A DNA stretch of 5,475 bases, taken from the sequence record KC237308. One strand, given 5' to 3'. Both the position numbers and the translations under genes were made by a program. The notes under the pieces were generated by a model. The model saw only the letters and a list, made by a program, of their open reading frames with translations, ran no database searches and was not told where the DNA came from. This stretch comes from Enterobacteria phage ID204 Moscow/ID. Below, piece after piece: positions 4,468 to 5,475 of this stretch (its first letter is position 1; every line of letters begins with the position of its first letter).

Positions 4468-5475
4468 ATGTTTGGTGCAATCGCTGGCGGTATCGCCTCT
4501 TCTCTTGCTGGCGGACTCATCAACAAAGCCTTTGGAGGCGGTCAATCTGCCTCCTCTACTGGCGTTCAAGGTGATGTTCTCGCTTCTGACAATAATGTAA
4601 TCGGTGCTAATGATGCTGGTATCAAATCCGCTATTCAAGGCTCTAATCCACCTAATGGCCAACAAGCTGCTCCCAATGCTATTTCGGGCGTTCTCGCTGA
4701 CACTGGCAAAGACGCCCTATCTTCAATCACTGGCGCTGGCGTTAATAAACTTATGGAAAAAATCGGACTATCTAAAACTGCTTCTGATAAAGGCAAGGAC
4801 ACAAAGGATTATCTTGCTTCTGCATTCCCCGAGCTCAACCCGTGGGAACGTGCTGGCGCTGGTGCTTCGTCTGCTGGCATGGTTGACGCTGGCTTCCAAA
4901 ACCAAAAAGAACTAACTCGCATGCAGCTTGACAATCAAAAAGAAATCGCTAAGATGCAAAACGACACACAAAAGGATATCGCTGGTATCCAATCTGTCAC
5001 ATCCCGGCAAAATACTAAGGACTCTGTCTATGCTCAAAACGAGATGCTCCAATATAACCAAAAAGAATCTATGTCACGCGTTGGCTCTATTCTCGAAAAC
5101 ACAAGCCTCACCAAACAACAACAAACTTCTGAAATTATGCGGCAAATGCTTACTCAAGCTCAAACCGCAGGTCAACATTTTACAAATGACCAAATCAAAG
5201 AGCTTACACGAAAAGTTGGCGCTGATATTGATTCTGTCCGCGCTAACACTGACCGTACCCATGTAGAAACTCAACGCTCAAAACAGGAGGTTCAAAACTC
5301 CCGTTACGCTTCTTCACAAGTCGGTAAAACCGCTAAGGACGTCTCTAATGCAGTTACTGATACAGCTAGCTCTATTGTTGATTATTTTCGTGGTATTGAT
5401 AACAAAGTGGCAGAAACTTATAACAACTATTTCAAAGATGGTAAATCCGACGGAATCGGGTCGAACATCAAATAA
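4468..5475 (+). CDS. H: Minor spike / DNA pilot protein H, 335 aa
   Basis: Translation matches phiX174 gpH as I recall it over long blocks ([15 protein letters not shown]...GGGQ...[23 protein letters not shown]...[73 protein letters not shown]...[39 protein letters not shown]...DGK.DGIGSN). AAGGA at 4457..4461 lies 6 nt upstream. Stop TAA at 5473..5475, which is the last codon of the window. Confidence 0.95.
   Translation: MFGAIAGGIASSLAGGLINKAFGGGQSASSTGVQGDVLASDNNVIGANDAGIKSAIQGSNPPNGQQAAPNAISGVLADTGKDALSSITGAGVNKLMEKIGLSKTASDKGKDTKDYLASAFPELNPWERAGAGASSAGMVDAGFQNQKELTRMQLDNQKEIAKMQNDTQKDIAGIQSVTSRQNTKDSVYAQNEMLQYNQKESMSRVGSILENTSLTKQQQTSEIMRQMLTQAQTAGQHFTNDQIKELTRKVGADIDSVRANTDRTHVETQRSKQEVQNSRYASSQVGKTAKDVSNAVTDTASSIVDYFRGIDNKVAETYNNYFKDGKSDGIGSNIK

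Noticed and set aside
1-5475. CRISPR arrays, tRNA or rRNA genes, insertion sequences, integrases and toxin-antitoxin or defence cassettes
   Set aside because: None is present. The genome is fully accounted for by the eleven canonical genes and four short intergenic regions, with no direct repeat arrays or terminal inverted repeats.

Overview
The window reads as a complete, linearised genome of a phiX174/G4-like ssDNA microvirus (Microviridae, Bullavirinae). All eleven canonical genes are present in the canonical order on the + strand: A, A* (internal in-frame start), B (overprinted inside A), K (spanning the A/C junction), C, D, E (overprinted inside D), J, F, G and H. The gaps between genes are short (J-F 39 nt, F-G 98 nt, G-H 9 nt, H-A 61 nt if the ends are joined) and I see no room for inserted accessory content. 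The protein assignments rest on my recollection of the phiX174 protein sequences compared against the supplied translations, not on a database search. The A protein carries the HUH motif (HFHAVH) and the paired active-site tyrosines (YVAKYVNKK), and the 30-nt viral-strand origin CAACTTGATATTAATAACACTATAGACCAC sits inside gene A at 500..529. Conserved cis-elements are visible: sigma70-like promoters ahead of A and D, a UUCG-tetraloop hairpin after J, and a long imperfect hairpin between F and G. The short J protein (26 aa) and the length of A (553 aa from the ATG at 62) point to the G4-like rather than the phiX174-like lineage, but this is unconfirmed. I do not see evidence of a novel, undescribed system; the points worth a second look are the overprinted genes, the A start and leader structure, the lineage-specific J and K lengths, and a few alternate-frame ORFs that are probably compositional artefacts.
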